Below, one piece after another: positions 60,380 through 64,000 of a DNA stretch of 64,000 nt. The notes under the pieces are model-generated. The model worked only from the letters and a program-made list of their open reading frames with translations, was not told the origin of the DNA and did no database searches. Origin of the DNA: Candidatus Multivoradales bacterium (GTDB lineage Bacteria > Acidobacteriota > Thermoanaerobaculia > Multivoradales > Multivoraceae); contig CBDCWI010000001.1 in NCBI GenBank assembly GCA_965223325.1, positions 288,001-352,000 of the forward strand. The letters are read 5' to 3'. Positions within the stretch are counted from its first letter, which is position 1; the number at the start of each line of letters is the position of its first letter. The translations under genes and the position numbers were made by a program.

Positions 60380-62566
60380 ATGAGGACGTTCCCTCGACCG
60401 CTTCATCTGCTGTGTTCGCTCTTCGCAGTCGCCACCCTCATCCTCACAGCGTACGCCTGCATTCCAGTCGACGGGCAGGAGACCAAGCGCGCCGGCGCCG
60501 CCTACGAGATCGATCAGGACGCCCTGGTGGCTGCCGCCGCGCGGCCTGGTGACTGGCTCTCCTATGGCCGCACCTACAAGGAACAACGCTTCTCGCCGCT
60601 CGATGAGATCAACGACCAGAACGTCGGTGATCTCGGCATCGCCTGGGTCTACGAAACCAACACCACCCGCGGCCTCGAAGCGACGCCGCTGGTCGTCGAC
60701 GGCGTGCTCTACACGACGGGATCCTGGAGCCGCGTCTACGCGCTCGACGTCGTGTCGGGCGAGCCGCTCTGGACCTACGACCCTGAGGTCGAAAAGAAGT
60801 GGGCGATGACCGCCTGCTGCGACGTGGTCAACCGCGGCGCGGCGCTCTACAACGGCAAGGTCATCTTCGGTGCTCTCGACGGTCGGTTGATTGCGCTCGA
60901 CGCCGAAACCGGCAAGCCCGAGTGGGAGACCAAGACCACCGACCAGTCCGAGCCCTACACCATCACCGGCGCACCGAGGGTCGTCAAAGGGAAGGTTCTG
61001 ATTGGTAACGGCGGCGCCGAGTACGGCGTGCGCGGCTATATCTCGGCTTACGACGCCGATAGCGGCGAGCTCGCCTGGCGCTTCTACACCGTGCCCGGCA
61101 ACCCCGCCGACGGCTTCGAGAACGAAGCCCTCGAGATGGCGGCCGAAACGTGGAAAGGCACCTGGTGGGAAAACGGCGGCGGCGGAACGGTCTGGGACTC
61201 GTTCGTCTACGATCCGGAGCTCGACCTGCTCTACGTTGGCGTGGGCAACGGTTCGCCCTGGAACCAGAACCTGCGCAGCCCGGGCGGTGGCGACAACCTG
61301 TTCTTGTCTTCGATCGTCGCGCTCAGGCCCGACACCGGCGAGTACGTCTGGCACTACCAGACGACCCCCGGGGACACCTGGGACTACACCGCCACGCAGC
61401 CGATCATTCTCGCCGAGCTGCCCATCGACGGCATCGTCCGCAAGGTCCTCATGCAGGCCCCCAAGAACGGTTTCTTCTATGTGCTCGATCGCGAAACCGG
61501 TGAGCTCATCTCGGCCGAGAAGTTCGTCCAGGTGACCTGGGCGAGCCACGTCGACAAAGACACGGGGCGCCCCGTCGAGCTTCCGGGAGCACGCTTCGTC
61601 GACGAGACCACTGCGGTCTTCCCGGGACCACTCGGCGGCCACAACTGGCATCCCATGGCCTTCAACCCGCAAACCCAGCTGGTCTACATCCCGGCCATGG
61701 AGATGTCGGCTTTCTACGTGCCTGATGAGGAGTACGAGGTCAGGGAAGGTCAGTGGAACCTCGGCATCCGCGTCGCGGAGCCGGAAGACATTCCGCAGGC
61801 GATTCTCGACACGATTCCCGGCGCAACGGCCGAAATGGTGACCGAGGACATCCCGACGGAGATGCTCTCGGGGCACCTCCTGGCCTGGGACCCGGTCAAC
61901 CAGAAAGAAGTCTGGCGTGCGCAGTACGACATGCCGTGGAGTGGCGGCGTGCTCACGACGGCGGGCAATCTGGTCTTCCAGGGCACGCCGCACGGTCTGC
62001 TCAAAGCGTTCCGCGCCGACACCGGCGAGCAACTCTGGGAGAGCTACACCGGGAGCGGCGTTGTCGCCGCACCGATCACCTTCTCAGTCGGCGGCAAGCA
62101 GTACATCGCGGTGATGTCGGGATGGGGCGGTGCCTTTGGCGTCGTCGGTTCGAAATCGGCCCGCAAGGCGGTCAAGAACCAGGGTCGCATTCTGGTCTAT
62201 TCGCTCGGCGGCGACGGCATCGAGCCGGAACGGACCGCAGAACCCAAGGTCGAGCTCACCAAAATCGAGCACGACTCCACCGAGGCCGACATCACAGCCG
62301 GCAGGCGCCTGTTCAATACCTACTGCCTGGTGTGCCACGGCTACGGTGCCACCGGTGGTGGCATGTACGCCGATGTGCGTGCCTCGGCACCGCGCATCTT
62401 CGCCAACTACGAAGACATCGTGCTCGAAGGCCGGCGCGTCGAGCGCGGCATGCCGGCATTCAAGGGCGAGATCACTCCTGAGGAACTCGACGAAATCAAG
62501 TCGTACGTCCTCTATCGGCGCGATGCCTGGATGGCCGAACTGGCAGCAGAAGCGGCCGACGACTGA
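60380..62566 (+). CDS. PQQ-dependent quinohemoprotein alcohol dehydrogenase (type II)
   Basis: CCDVVNRG, GNGGAE, WDYTAT, GGHNW, C-terminal heme c motif CLVCH. Confidence 0.95.
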   Translation: MRTFPRPLHLLCSLFAVATLILTAYACIPVDGQETKRAGAAYEIDQDALVAAAARPGDWLSYGRTYKEQRFSPLDEINDQNVGDLGIAWVYETNTTRGLEATPLVVDGVLYTTGSWSRVYALDVVSGEPLWTYDPEVEKKWAMTACCDVVNRGAALYNGKVIFGALDGRLIALDAETGKPEWETKTTDQSEPYTITGAPRVVKGKVLIGNGGAEYGVRGYISAYDADSGELAWRFYTVPGNPADGFENEALEMAAETWKGTWWENGGGGTVWDSFVYDPELDLLYVGVGNGSPWNQNLRSPGGGDNLFLSSIVALRPDTGEYVWHYQTTPGDTWDYTATQPIILAELPIDGIVRKVLMQAPKNGFFYVLDRETGELISAEKFVQVTWASHVDKDTGRPVELPGARFVDETTAVFPGPLGGHNWHPMAFNPQTQLVYIPAMEMSAFYVPDEEYEVREGQWNLGIRVAEPEDIPQAILDTIPGATAEMVTEDIPTEMLSGHLLAWDPVNQKEVWRAQYDMPWSGGVLTTAGNLVFQGTPHGLLKAFRADTGEQLWESYTGSGVVAAPITFSVGGKQYIAVMSGWGGAFGVVGSKSARKAVKNQGRILVYSLGGDGIEPERTAEPKVELTKIEHDSTEADITAGRRLFNTYCLVCHGYGATGGGMYADVRASAPRIFANYEDIVLEGRRVERGMPAFKGEITPEELDEIKSYVLYRRDAWMAELAAEAADD

Positions 62567-62574
62567 GGCTAGTG

Positions 62575-63006
62575 ATGCCGGACACAGGCGATGGTCTGCC
62601 CCGGGCCCCTTCCGGCTACCGGCTCTACGAGTTCGAAGACCCCTTCGAAGACCATGTCGGCCCGCTGTGGTTGCGACGCGAAGACAAGAAGATCTCGTTT
62701 GCATTCCGCGCCGAGGCCAGGCACACGAACACCGGCGGCACCGTGCACGGCGGCATGCTGATGACCTTCGCTGACTTCGCGCTCTGTGCAACCGCCTGCG
62801 GTGAGCTGGTCGAGAGTGAGCGCTGTGTCACAGTGTCGTTCCACTGTGAGTTCATCGCCGCCGCCTCTCTGGGCGACCTGGTCGAGGCACAGGCTGAGAT
62901 CACCCGCCGGGCACGCACGCTGACCTTCGCCCGTGGTCTCGTCTTCGTCGGCGACACGACGGTTCTCAACTTCTCGGGTGTGACCCGCCGTTTCCAGCGC
63001 ACCTGA
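62575..63006 (+). CDS. PaaI family thioesterase
   Basis: HTN.GGTVHGGMLMTFAD hotdog-fold motif. Confidence 0.9.
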   Translation: MPDTGDGLPRAPSGYRLYEFEDPFEDHVGPLWLRREDKKISFAFRAEARHTNTGGTVHGGMLMTFADFALCATACGELVESERCVTVSFHCEFIAAASLGDLVEAQAEITRRARTLTFARGLVFVGDTTVLNFSGVTRRFQRT

Positions 63007-63077
63007 ACGCCCTCCTCTCCCGGGCTCATCGCGCAAGCCACATCGCAAGCCACCATCCCGACTAGGAAATCGCAGCC

Positions 63078-64000
<923 letters not shown>

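Noticed and set aside
61375-61400. Possible lanthanide-dependent PQQ enzyme
   Set aside because: The motif is WDYTAT, without the extra Asp (DYD) diagnostic of XoxF/ExaF/PedH types, which fits a Ca-type enzyme.
60311-62032. 573-aa antisense ORF
   Set aside because: It mirrors the PQQ dehydrogenase on the opposite strand, as expected from high-GC codon bias, and has no recognisable motifs.

Overview
GC-rich bacterial chromosomal window. An Acidobacteriota (Thermoanaerobaculia-like) origin is inferred from a VWFA-type protein and a C-terminal FxDxFETGD motif. From left to right it holds two tandem, paralogous giant Calx-beta surface proteins (the complete one is an autotransporter), an amidohydrolase, a DUF885 lipoprotein, metG and cysS. 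An unusual metal-related operon (lipoprotein, ABC ATPase, FtsX/MacB permease, ZnuA-like binding protein) runs into cysS. Next come an S1-domain protein with DUF1820 and skp, a REP-like repeat field, rsgA, and a CIRCE-controlled groES-groEL. A ~4-kb segment bracketed by groEL and a decayed copy of the groEL 3' end contains only broken genes, which suggests a collapsed groEL-integrated island. The right part carries a multicopper oxidase / DUF5916 / two-component operon, a secreted metzincin protease with a partner gene, a TetR-led Lol-like envelope transport operon, an esterase, a quinohemoprotein alcohol dehydrogenase, a PaaI thioesterase and a partial PqaA-family gene. I saw no rRNA, tRNA, CRISPR array or intact integrase/transposase. 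All family calls come from motif recognition by eye; no database searches were run.
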